From Planctomycetota bacterium (GTDB lineage: Bacteria; Planctomycetota; Phycisphaerae; WQYP01), in contig JAJZJL010000002.1 of NCBI GenBank assembly GCA_021810145.1, positions 4,643-68,642 on the forward strand: DNA of 64,000 nucleotides, given 5' to 3'. Every line of letters begins with the position of its first letter. The stretch's first letter is position 1. Both the position numbers and the translations under genes were made by a program. Positions 47,806 through 56,763 of the stretch are shown here, one piece after another. The notes below the pieces were generated by a model. The model made no database searches and had not been told where the DNA came from. It was given only the letters and a program-made list of their open reading frames with translations.

Positions 47806-48816
47806 TTAAAATTGCTTAAGAAATCGGACGTCGTTTTCAAATAACAGGCGAATGTCTTCAATGCCATGCTTGCGCATGGCTATGCGTTCCACTCCCAGGC
47901 CGAAGGCAAATCCGGTGTATTTTTCCGGATCGATTTTCACGGTTTCAAGCACATTGGGATCAACCATGCCGCAGCCGCCAAGTTCCACCCATTTGGAACT
48001 TCCGTCCGCATAATGAAATCGCACATCAAATTCCGCACTCGGTTCGGTAAATGGAAAGAAACTCGGACGAAAGCGGGTTTCCACATCGGCACCAAAAAAG
48101 GCTTTGGCAAACTGATCAATGCACGTTTTCAGATCCACCATGGTAATATCTTCATCCACCACCAGGCCTTCAATCTGATGGAACATGAAACTATGCGTGG
48201 CGTCAACGGTATCCGGACGGTACACCCGTCCCGGGGCGATAATGCGTACCGGCGGCTTGTGCGTTTCCAGCACCCGTATCTGCACGGAACTGGTTTGCGA
48301 CCGGAGCATAAACGGAGCCGCGCCGGATGGTCGCTGCAGATAGAAATTATCCAGCGGATCGCGCGCCGGGTGGTGCCGCGGAACATTCAATGCCTCAAAA
48401 TTATGAAATTCATCTTCGAGTTCCGGGCCTTGCGCGATGGAGAAGCCCATGCGGCCGAATAATTCCGTCAGCGCATCAATGGTTTGATGAACAATATGCA
48501 AAGATCCGGGATGATAATCGCCAAATGTGATCCGCCCCGGTTCGGTAATATCAACCAGCACCTCGGCGGAACCGGCGCTTGAGCCCAGCCGGTCCTTGGC
48601 TGCATCATAACCGCTTTGAACGGCCTGTTTGACTGAATTTAATTTGGCACCGTAAGCGCGTTTCTGATCATTGGGAAGGCTTTTGAGTTGATCGCTGGCC
48701 ACCTTCAACAGGCCTTTGCTGCCAAGATATTTAATCCGGAAGGCCTCAATCTGATCAGCGCTGCTTAAGGAGGAAAGCTCCTGCTGTGCCTGGGCCAGTA
48801 ATTCATCAAGATTCAC
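47806..48816 (-). CDS. pheS: Phenylalanine--tRNA ligase alpha subunit.
   Basis: MNLDELLAQAQQEL...FRIKYLGSKG N-terminus, class II motifs (FRPSFFPFTEPSAEFDV, GCGMVDPNVL). Confidence 0.92.
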   Translation of the reverse strand: MNLDELLAQAQQELSSLSSADQIEAFRIKYLGSKGLLKVASDQLKSLPNDQKRAYGAKLNSVKQAVQSGYDAAKDRLGSSAGSAEVLVDITEPGRITFGDYHPGSLHIVHQTIDALTELFGRMGFSIAQGPELEDEFHNFEALNVPRHHPARDPLDNFYLQRPSGAAPFMLRSQTSSVQIRVLETHKPPVRIIAPGRVYRPDTVDATHSFMFHQIEGLVVDEDITMVDLKTCIDQFAKAFFGADVETRFRPSFFPFTEPSAEFDVRFHYADGSSKWVELGGCGMVDPNVLETVKIDPEKYTGFAFGLGVERIAMRKHGIEDIRLLFENDVRFLKQF

Positions 48817-49071
48817 GTTGAATTACTCCCGGAAAAAGGCACGTCTGTCCATTTTCAACACACCCGGCCGAACACCCTGCCGCTCAACCGTTCAGATGCC
48901 CCGTGTGTGTCTCCCCATCATAATCGCTTTACCGCCCCCGGTCCGGCGAATACCGCCCATTATCGCGCCTCCCTGACTGCGTTGATCGGATAACCCATCC
49001 GATCACCCCAGATCAGAAGCGCCACCCATACCGCATGCCGCCTGGAGAGATCACCCGCTGGTTAATTCGTT

Positions 49072-49440
49072 TCAGGCCGCCTTCAAACCCAGTGCATCGC
49101 GTACCTTGGCCACAATGGCGTCAAACGCGGCTGGATCGGCGATGGCAATTTCACTGAGGCTCTTGCGGTTAAGTTGAATATTGGCTTTGGCAAGTCCGGA
49201 AATAAGTTGGCTGTAACGCAAACCTCGGCTGCGCGCCGCGGCGGTCAGACGGGTAATCCAAAGAGCGCGATAATCGCGCTTCTTTTCCTTGCGGCCGCTG
49301 AACCGGTTGGCACCGGCCCGCAGCAGCGTTTCGTGCGCTGTTTTATACAGCTTGCTGCGTCCACCGACAAACCCCTTGGCGCGTTTCAGCAAACGTTTGT
49401 GCCGTTGTTTCCGGGCGGCACCGACTCTTACTCGTGGCAT
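49072..49440 (-). CDS. rplT: 50S ribosomal protein L20.
   Basis: MPRVRVGAARKQRHKRLLKRAKGFVGGRSKLYKTAHETLLRAG... matches L20. Confidence 0.92.
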   Translation of the reverse strand: MPRVRVGAARKQRHKRLLKRAKGFVGGRSKLYKTAHETLLRAGANRFSGRKEKKRDYRALWITRLTAAARSRGLRYSQLISGLAKANIQLNRKSLSEIAIADPAAFDAIVAKVRDALGLKAA

Positions 49441-49535
49441 GGTAAATTCCTCAACAAATTCTTCAGGTCTTCAATGTTCTATCACGTTGTCGCCCCGCCG
49501 CCGGAAAACAAACCACCGGCTGACGCGACCGATTC

Positions 49536-49739
49536 TTACCGACCCGCCGGGCCAAGCAACGTGATCATCTTATCCGCAAACGGGCCGCTGAGACTGGTCG
49601 TACCGCGCAAACGCCGCCGCCGATTACCGGACTTGGCACTCTGCAAATGCCCCTTATTGTGCTTATGGAATTTGACTTTTCCAGTCGCGGTCACTTTAAC
49701 CCGCTTTTTAATTCCCTTGTGTGTTTTATGCTTGGCCAC
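49536..49739 (-). CDS. rpmI: 50S ribosomal protein L35.
   Basis: (M)AKHKTHKGIKKRVKVTATGKVKFHKHNKGHLQSAKS... GTG start at 49739 with AGGAG 7 nt upstream. The listed ORF over-extends to 49769. Confidence 0.75.
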   Translation of the reverse strand: MAKHKTHKGIKKRVKVTATGKVKFHKHNKGHLQSAKSGNRRRRLRGTTSLSGPFADKMITLLGPAGR

Positions 49740-49970
49740 GCCAAAACTCCTAACCAAATCAACGCTCAAAGCTCCAATATTCGCCCGGCCTCACGACAAG
49801 CTGCGCCCATGACCCAAGCAAATCGAGCCACGTAGTATATTCGCTTGCCCCCTCGCCGTCCACTGCTTGATCTCCCCGGCTCATTTTCCAGCCACATAAC
49901 ACATTTTTCACCAATTCCAACCGCCAACTGGCGCCCGCCCGCGCCTGTCAACAGCGCTCCGTTGAGGCGC

Positions 49971-50098
49971 TACCCGCATTCCCGATCGTCATCGGGGCCG
50001 GAAACCCGTGGCCGTTTTCGGGAATCGCGCCATCAAAAACCTTCACGTCACGCCCGCGGCCAAGGGCCATGGGATTCCCTCCCGATAGCCATCGGGGC
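49971..50098 (+). repeat. Copy A of a ~127-bp structured direct repeat (paired with 51205-51329, ~80% identity).
   Basis: tacccgcattcccgatcgtcatcgggg..ggaaacccgtggccgttttcgggaat..ccatc..aac.ttcacgtcacgcccgc.gccaa.gg.catgggattcc.tcccgatagccatcggg. Contains internal hairpins (cccgat-N4-atcggg twice). Confidence 0.7.
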
Positions 50099-50428
50099 TG
50101 CATGGTGGCGCGATTGGACGAATAACAACAATCCACCATGGCAGGCGTCGCACGCTACCGCGCGACGGCCGCGCCCGGCATCCGCAACTGCGGGTGCAAA
50201 TCCCCGTCCGTTCTCGCGAATACAGCCTCGACGACGTTCACGACACCTCCGCGTCCTGGCAAGGAGAACCTTTTAACTTGGGTTAAACAGCGGACAACTT
50301 AACTTTGGCATGCCACTACCCGTTGACTTTGCGGACTCTTCGAGATATACAGCGATCATCTGATCTGCGAAATTGCTCGCCATGCGGCGTGGCTGGCCTT
50401 TGGATCGTCATGGGCATTGAGTCACTTT

Positions 50429-50848
50429 ATGAACAGCAACAGCAAAGTCGTTAAGGATTTCATCGATACAGTCCTCAATCGTGGGGACATCGATTCCTCA
50501 GGTCAGTTCTTTTGCGATGATATGGTCGAGCAGGTTCCACTACCCGGTCAGGGTCCCGGCCTGGAGGGGCTGAAGGATGTATTGCGCGGAATGCGCGCTG
50601 CGTTTCCGGACATGCACTGGACTATCGAGGAACAAATCTGTGAGGGCGATAAGGTGGTGACCCGCTTTGAGTGGACCGGCACCCACCGGGCGGAGTTTCT
50701 TGGCGTGCCCGCCACAGGTCGCCCCGTGAAGGCGTGGGGCATGGTCATTGACCGACTGGAGGATGGAAAAATCAAGGACACCCGGATTCTGATGGATGCG
50801 CTCGGATTGATGATGCAGCTTGGTGCCTTGCCGCGCCCGCAGTCCTGA
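50429..50848 (+). CDS. SnoaL-like / predicted ester cyclase (NTF2-like fold), 140 aa.
   Basis: KDFIDTVLNRGDIDSSGQFFCDDMVE...MRAAFPDMHWTIEEQICEGDKVVTRFEWTGTH...GRPVKAWGMVIDRLEDGKIKD fits the SnoaL/COG5485 pattern. ATG at 50429 (track start 50417 is TTG). Confidence 0.72.
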   Translation: MNSNSKVVKDFIDTVLNRGDIDSSGQFFCDDMVEQVPLPGQGPGLEGLKDVLRGMRAAFPDMHWTIEEQICEGDKVVTRFEWTGTHRAEFLGVPATGRPVKAWGMVIDRLEDGKIKDTRILMDALGLMMQLGALPRPQS

Positions 50849-51204
50849 GTGTGACGCCGCCCGACCGCTTGAGCCAACGGCGATTGCCCCTTGAGTTGAT
50901 GGACAATTCGCGTTATCAGGCGGCGACCTGATCTGCGGAACTGCTCGCCGGTCGGCGTGGCTCAGTTCCGCATCATTTGGCAGCATGCATATAACGGCGT
51001 CCATCCGCCAAGACATTCTCATTGAAGCCAGTCCGGCGCGAGCATTGGCCGTGGATTGGCAGGTTGCTCGTCTGCCGGAACCGATGGGCCGAATTTCCTA
51101 AAAGCCACACAGCTGCGTTTGAGTGCAAAAGCCGTCTCATGTCCGCTACTGAATCCAGAGCTATCCCCATCCCGTAACCATCAACAATCCGCCGTGGCAC
51201 GCAT

Positions 51205-51329
51205 TACCCGCATTCCCAATCTCAATCCGGGGGGGAAACCGTGGCCGTTTTCGCGAATGGGGCCATCGATAACATTCACGTCACGCCCGCTGCCAACGGT
51301 CATGGGATTCCTTCCCGATAGCCATCGGG
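51205..51329 (+). repeat. Copy B of the ~127-bp direct repeat.
   Basis: Column-by-column alignment with 49971-50098, offset ~1233 bp, same orientation. Both copies are intergenic. Confidence 0.7.
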
Positions 51330-51371
51330 AAGGAATGACGGCGTAAAGCTTCGATGAATTGTTTTCCGGCT

Positions 51372-53315
51372 TTACCCCGGCTGGCTGACGGGGCGATGGC
51401 GGCCTGATACGTAGACGGTCAGAACCATCAGATCGGCGGGGGTTATTCCTTCCAGGCGGGAAGCCTGCCCCATGGTGCGCGGACGAAATTTTTCCAGAGC
51501 TTGCCGGGCTTCAGCGCGCAGTTCCGCAATTGCCCGAAAATTCATATTCGGTGAAATGATCTTATCCTCCAATTCCGCCATGCGTTCGGCGGCATGTTTC
51601 TCACGGAGAATATATCCGGCGTATCGCGCTTCAATTTGAATCTGTTGCATCAGTATCTGCCGCGCCGGATCGGCCAGCAGTGCGGTCAATTGCGGTCCAT
51701 CAGGGCCGAGCATGGCCGGCAGAGCCGTCAGTTCCAGATCCGGGCGTCGCAGCAAATCCATGGCCGTACCACCCCCCGGCACACGCAAGGCTCTCATCTG
51801 TTGCGTCAACTGGCGCATGGCGGCGAGTTTATTTTCCAGGCGTTGAACGCGCGCCGGTTCCGCCAGGCCGAGTTCGGCGGCCAGCGGCGTAAGACGCTGG
51901 TCGGTGTTGTCGCTGCGCAACGTGAGCCGATATTCCGCGCGGCTGGTAAACATGCGATAGGGTTCGGTGGGGGTTTTGGTAATCAGGTCATCTATCATCA
52001 CGCCGATATAAGCCTGATCCCGCCGCAGCACAAACGGCCCCTGGGCGCGAATTTTCAGCGCGGCATTGATGCCTGCCATCAATCCCTGTCCCGCCGCTTC
52101 TTCATACCCGCTGGTGCCGTTGAGCTGTCCGGCAAAGAACAATCCATCGGCGCGATGGGTTTCCAGCGTGGCCCCGATTTGATGCGTGGGGGAAAAGTCA
52201 TATTCCACGGCATAACCGTGCCGCAGAATTACCGCTTTTTCCAGCCCCGCAACGCTGTGGACCATCCGCTCCTGCACATCCACGGGCAGAGACGTGGATA
52301 TGCCATTGCAGTAAATTTCATTGGTGTCCAGGCCTTCGGGTTCCAGAAAAATCTGGTGCTGGGTTTTGTCCGCAAAGCGCACCACTTTATCCTCAATGCT
52401 CGGGCAGTAGCGCGGGCCGCGACTGATAATCTGCCCGCTGTACATCGGTGCCCGGTGCAGATTGGCCCGGATCAGATCGTGAATGGCGGCATTGGTGTAG
52501 GTGATATGACACGGCACTTGCGCAAGGCCGGGAAACCGCGAGCCTAACGGCGCAGCGACGGTACCGGATAAATCACTGAACGGTATTGGCGGAACATCTC
52601 CATGCTGCGGTTCCAGCGATGAAAAATCCACCGTTTCCCGGGCCACGCGCGGCGGCGTGCCGGTTTTCAGCCGTTGCAATTCAAAGCCGAGCTTAATAAG
52701 CGCGCCGGATAATCCGACGGCGGCCTGTTCTCCCACCCGGCCACCTTCGGTTTTCTTTTCCCCGGTGTGCATGAGTCCGCGCAAAAATGTGCCGGTGGTA
52801 AGAATGGCGCAGCGGCAAGTCAATTTTCGACCGGATTTCAGTTCAATGCCGGTCACCCGCCATGCCGGCGCTTCATGATGGCCTGATGGGTCAACAAGTA
52901 TATCATCCGCAATGTCCGCGATGATTTGCAGATTGGGGCAGTGTTCCGTCAGCAGCCGCTGCACCGCCTGCGCGTAGCGGTATTTATCCGCTTGCGCACG
53001 CGGAGATTGCACCGCCGGACCTTTGGAACGATTCAGCAGACGAAACTGAATACCCGTGGCATCAATGGCATGAGCCATCAAGCCGCCAAGAGCGTCAATT
53101 TCGCGTACGATCTGGCCCTTGGCCAATCCGCCAATGGCGGGATTACAGCTCATGCGGCCAATGGCGGCGGGGTCCATGGTAATCATCGCCACGGTGCCAC
53201 GATCACCCAGCAGGCGCGATGCGGCCCACGCGGCTTCCGCACCGGCGTGGCCGCCGCCGACGACAACAATATCAAAATATGCAGCTTGATCGGTCATGCT
53301 TTGAAAATATTCCAT
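51372..53315 (-). CDS. mnmG: tRNA uridine-5-carboxymethylaminomethyl modification enzyme MnmG (GidA).
   Basis: FDIVVVGGGHAGAEAA FAD motif, conserved MnmG core and C-terminal helical domain. Start taken at MEYFQSM (53315). The track ORF extends to 53375. Confidence 0.92.
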   Translation of the reverse strand: MEYFQSMTDQAAYFDIVVVGGGHAGAEAAWAASRLLGDRGTVAMITMDPAAIGRMSCNPAIGGLAKGQIVREIDALGGLMAHAIDATGIQFRLLNRSKGPAVQSPRAQADKYRYAQAVQRLLTEHCPNLQIIADIADDILVDPSGHHEAPAWRVTGIELKSGRKLTCRCAILTTGTFLRGLMHTGEKKTEGGRVGEQAAVGLSGALIKLGFELQRLKTGTPPRVARETVDFSSLEPQHGDVPPIPFSDLSGTVAAPLGSRFPGLAQVPCHITYTNAAIHDLIRANLHRAPMYSGQIISRGPRYCPSIEDKVVRFADKTQHQIFLEPEGLDTNEIYCNGISTSLPVDVQERMVHSVAGLEKAVILRHGYAVEYDFSPTHQIGATLETHRADGLFFAGQLNGTSGYEEAAGQGLMAGINAALKIRAQGPFVLRRDQAYIGVMIDDLITKTPTEPYRMFTSRAEYRLTLRSDNTDQRLTPLAAELGLAEPARVQRLENKLAAMRQLTQQMRALRVPGGGTAMDLLRRPDLELTALPAMLGPDGPQLTALLADPARQILMQQIQIEARYAGYILREKHAAERMAELEDKIISPNMNFRAIAELRAEARQALEKFRPRTMGQASRLEGITPADLMVLTVYVSGRHRPVSQPG

Positions 53316-53404
53316 CCTGTCAAAACGGGACACCGTACCGGGCCATTTGGATTCCAATGCATGCACCGCACACACAACGGTTCAGCCTGGCCATTTGGCC
53401 CGCG

Positions 53405-54457
53405 TCAGCGTTGCGAAATCAAATCCGCTTCGCGCTGGCGTTGCGTGGCGCGATGCAAAATCCGCTTTTCCCTCCGTGTTAAACTGTGCATTCCCTTTTC
53501 GCTGACTTTTTCAAGAATTTTGTCCACCATCTGCTGCTCCTTCATGGCCCGATGATCGCGCCGGCTGATCCAATGCAGCCAGCGCTGCAGCAGCCGCTTG
53601 CGCTTGGGCGCCGGCAAATCGCTGATGTTGGCACTGGAGGAAATCAGTTGATCAATGATGCCGGGGCCATCCACCTGCAGTGCCCGGCGGCGCTGCAGCG
53701 AATCAAAAAACAGCAGGGCGAAAACCAGCATACCCATCAGATTCAGGCCGTAGGCGGACAGCGCAAACAGCGGCACCGCCACAACCATACCGGTAAGACA
53801 GGTAATGTCGACGGACTTGTAGGCACCGGTCATAGGCCAGAGAGTCGCCTGCAGCAGATAAGCGCCGTCAAACCAGTAAAACGGGAGCAGATTGATGGCA
53901 ACAAGAAAAATATTGGCCATGCAGAACATGTACAGCGCGGAGGCCAGAAAATTGGGTGCCAGGGACATGGCAATAAAATCGGGCTGCAACGGGCCGAACG
54001 CCGCTTCAAGAATCCGCGGTGTAACATGCCAACTGATATTGACGATGGTACCGACAAACATCGCGGCGATGGCGTTGGCCAGAATACCGCCGCCTTGCGC
54101 GGCAAACATGGGCCAGGCCGCCGGCGGGTGCATGGGCGGAATCATATTTCCCGCGGGCCACATAAGAAAATCGTCGTGCCGGCCGCCCACAAGCTGCGCG
54201 GTAATCCGGTGGCCGAATTCATGCACCAGAAGCGCCGCCAAAATACCCGCAATAGCCAGCACCGCCAGCACCAGCGCTCCGGTATGCAGCACATTAAGCA
54301 GCGTCAATGCCGCCAGCAGTATCAGCCAGAAATTCGCCTGTATGCGAATACCGAAGCAGGTCCCCAGCGGCAACGACCAGGTGAGAAGCGACCGCACACC
54401 GCCTCCGCCCCAGTTGTTCCCAAACCCACGGTTATAATCACGATCACGCCAACTCAT
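53405..54457 (-). CDS. M50-family (site-2-protease-like) membrane zinc metalloprotease with a charged C-terminal cytoplasmic extension.
   Basis: HEFGH zinc motif within a TM helix, multiple TM segments, C-terminal Arg/Lys/Glu-rich ~100-aa tail. Confidence 0.72.
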   Translation of the reverse strand: MSWRDRDYNRGFGNNWGGGGVRSLLTWSLPLGTCFGIRIQANFWLILLAALTLLNVLHTGALVLAVLAIAGILAALLVHEFGHRITAQLVGGRHDDFLMWPAGNMIPPMHPPAAWPMFAAQGGGILANAIAAMFVGTIVNISWHVTPRILEAAFGPLQPDFIAMSLAPNFLASALYMFCMANIFLVAINLLPFYWFDGAYLLQATLWPMTGAYKSVDITCLTGMVVAVPLFALSAYGLNLMGMLVFALLFFDSLQRRRALQVDGPGIIDQLISSSANISDLPAPKRKRLLQRWLHWISRRDHRAMKEQQMVDKILEKVSEKGMHSLTRREKRILHRATQRQREADLISQR

Positions 54458-54498
54458 ACACGCTACACGCTTTCATTCTGGCACATTCAGGCCGGCTC

Positions 54499-55068
54499 TT
54501 ATACGCCGGACCCGTTCCTTATTAAGTATTTTAACACAACGGCAATCGTTTTTCCGTCCACAATTTCGTTCGATGCGATCATCTGAAGGATTTTGTCCGG
54601 GGCGATGGGTTCCACGGTGATGGTTTCGTTTTCTTCCAGGGCCTGCGGGCCGGGGGTTAAACCGGCGGCGATAAAGGCATACATTTTTTCCGTCAGAATG
54701 CCCGGTGAGGTATAAAACCAGCCAAAAGGCTGAATATCGCCAGCCTGATAGCCGGTTTCCTCAATAAGTTCACGGCCGGCGCAAAGTTCGGGCGGTTCGG
54801 GTGGTTCAAGCGTACCGGCGGGCAGTTCCCAAAGCCATTGGCCCACGGTATGCCGCAGGTTGCGGATCATGACAATTCTGCCATCTTTCAGCACGGGCAA
54901 AATAATCACAGCGCCGGGATGCACCACCACTTCCCGCACCAGATGCTTGCCGGAGGCGGTGGTAACATTTCGCAGAGCCATATCCACCCGCGTGCCTTTG
55001 TAAACAATCTGGTCATTGGAACTTCCGGGCGATTGCACATTCATGATATTGATCCTTTCGTGATACAT
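54499..55068 (-). CDS. NUDIX hydrolase (ADP-ribose pyrophosphatase-like).
   Basis: Nudix box GTLEPPEPPELCAGRELIEETGY (GX5EX7REUXEEXGU). The start may be the internal Met at 55044. Confidence 0.75.
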   Translation of the reverse strand: MYHERINIMNVQSPGSSNDQIVYKGTRVDMALRNVTTASGKHLVREVVVHPGAVIILPVLKDGRIVMIRNLRHTVGQWLWELPAGTLEPPEPPELCAGRELIEETGYQAGDIQPFGWFYTSPGILTEKMYAFIAAGLTPGPQALEENETITVEPIAPDKILQMIASNEIVDGKTIAVVLKYLIRNGSGV

Positions 55069-55109
55069 TTCATGACACTTCCATTGCGGCGATCATATAA
55101 TAGCAGAGT

Positions 55110-56711
55110 ATGGTACCAATTTCCGACAACCATGAACCGGAATTGCCGCCGCCAGATACGGACTTTGACGAACAAATTGTCGAGGAAGTGCCGACCGGCG
55201 AAGTTACGCTTCCCCTGCCGACCGAGCCAACCGAAGCGCGGTTAAGCCGCCTGCACAGCAAAGCGCGGGCGCTGGATCAGATTCCGGGCGTTTATCTGCT
55301 TAAAGATACCCGGGATGTGGTCATTTATGTTGGCAAATCGCGCTCTCTGCGGGATCGCGTCAGCAGTTATTTTCTCGCCAGTACGGACCTGGGGCCTGTT
55401 AAACAGCGATTGCTGGATTATGTGGTCGATTTTGACACACTGACCTGCGATTCAGAAGTCGAAGCGCTGCTGATGGAAAGCCGATTGATTAAAGATCTGC
55501 ATCCGCGATTCAACGCCCGGCTTTCCGATGGCAAAAGCTATCCGTATCTGGAAATTACCACGCGTGAAGATTTCCCCGGTGTATATGTCACACGCAAGCC
55601 GCAAACCAGCGGCACCAAACTGTATGGCCCGTTTATCAGCGGGTATGCCCTCAAACAGGCACTGATTTACATGCAGCGCGCGTTTAAATTTCGCACCTGT
55701 CATCTGGAAATTTATGCCGACGATCAAAAGCGCCGCCACTTTCGCCCATGCCTGCTGTATGCCATCAAACAGTGTACGGCACCATGCGCGGACAAAATCA
55801 GCCGGGAGCAATATGCCCGTGATATGGATCGATTTAAGCATTTTCTGGAGTCCCGCCGGGGTGACGCGTTAAAGCAGATGACCGCGGAAATGGAAGCGGC
55901 TTCAGCGGCGCTGGAATTTGAAACCGCGGCACAGTTACGGGATCAGATCAAGGCGTTAAGATCTCTGTCGCATCGCGGAAAAAGTGCCAAGGTGATGCAG
56001 CCGGAATTGTTCTTCCCGGATCATCAGGCCGGTTCGCGGCAACTGCAGGAAGTGCTGGAACTCGACGAACCGGTGCGTTCCATGGAGGCCATCGACATCG
56101 CCCATTTTCAGGGTGAAGCAACGGTCGGGTCGCTGGTGTGTTTTATGGATGGCCGGCCATTTAAGGATGGCTACAAACGCTTTCGCATTAAAACGGTAAC
56201 CGGTATTGATGATTTCCGGTGCATCGCGGAGGTGGTTTCCCGGCGCTACCGGGAGGCGGGGCAGGGCAACGAGTTGTTCCCGGATGTGATACTCATTGAC
56301 GGCGGCCTGGGCCAGCTTCATGCCGCGCAGGGGGCCTTTGCGCAAATGGATGTCAAACCGCCGATGGTCATCAGTCTGGCCAAGCGTGAAGAAGAAATAT
56401 ATATGCAGGGTCGCCCGATGCCCTTTAAGCTTTCCCGCACCAGCGCCGCACTGAAGCTTTTACAATTTGCCCGGGATGAAGCCCACCGCTTTGCCCAGAG
56501 TTATCATCACCTGTTAATTGCCCGGCGGCAATTTCAGGATACTCTGCGCGGCAGCAAGGGCAAAATAAAAGCCAAACGCCGAACCAAATCGAAAGCGGCT
56601 TCCGCCGGTTCATCCGGAGAACCCGCGGAAACTGCATCGAATGAATTCAAAGTGATCCAAGCGCAAGACATCGCCGCCTTGCCCCCCAAACCCGGCATGA
56701 AGACACCCTGA
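55110..56711 (+). CDS. uvrC: Excinuclease ABC subunit C-like protein: GIY-YIG, UvrBC-interaction and RNase-H-like endonuclease domains. Apparently lacks the C-terminal (HhH)2 domain.
   Basis: GIY-YIG (IPGVYLLKDTRDVVIYVGKSRSLRDRVSSYF), UvrB-interacting helix (LEFETAAQLRDQIKALR) and a downstream UvrC endonuclease region. 533 aa versus ~600 aa in canonical UvrC. The tail is Lys/Ser-rich and low-complexity. Confidence 0.78.
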   Translation: MVPISDNHEPELPPPDTDFDEQIVEEVPTGEVTLPLPTEPTEARLSRLHSKARALDQIPGVYLLKDTRDVVIYVGKSRSLRDRVSSYFLASTDLGPVKQRLLDYVVDFDTLTCDSEVEALLMESRLIKDLHPRFNARLSDGKSYPYLEITTREDFPGVYVTRKPQTSGTKLYGPFISGYALKQALIYMQRAFKFRTCHLEIYADDQKRRHFRPCLLYAIKQCTAPCADKISREQYARDMDRFKHFLESRRGDALKQMTAEMEAASAALEFETAAQLRDQIKALRSLSHRGKSAKVMQPELFFPDHQAGSRQLQEVLELDEPVRSMEAIDIAHFQGEATVGSLVCFMDGRPFKDGYKRFRIKTVTGIDDFRCIAEVVSRRYREAGQGNELFPDVILIDGGLGQLHAAQGAFAQMDVKPPMVISLAKREEEIYMQGRPMPFKLSRTSAALKLLQFARDEAHRFAQSYHHLLIARRQFQDTLRGSKGKIKAKRRTKSKAASAGSSGEPAETASNEFKVIQAQDIAALPPKPGMKTP

Positions 56712-56763
56712 GCCTGAAGCGATGCGCGGATGGTTCTTGGCGTGAAGCGGCATCGCGGCTATC

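Noticed and set aside
44893-50320. TGGCAT...TCGG / TTGGCATGCC near the repeated motif, considered as sigma54 -24/-12 promoters
   Set aside because: The -12 element TTGCW is absent at the correct spacing.
49971-51329. Direct repeats considered as integron attC sites or IS inverted repeats
   Set aside because: The copies are direct, not inverted. They lack the RYYYAAC/GTTRRRY core sites and no integrase is nearby, so I report them as a generic repeat family.
51594-52547. 317-aa plus-strand ORF inside mnmG
   Set aside because: Shadow ORF. mnmG motifs on the minus strand are clear.
53486-54586. 366-aa plus-strand ORF overlapping the M50 protease gene
   Set aside because: Gly/Arg/His-rich low-complexity translation typical of an antisense frame. 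The minus-strand HEFGH protease is the real gene.
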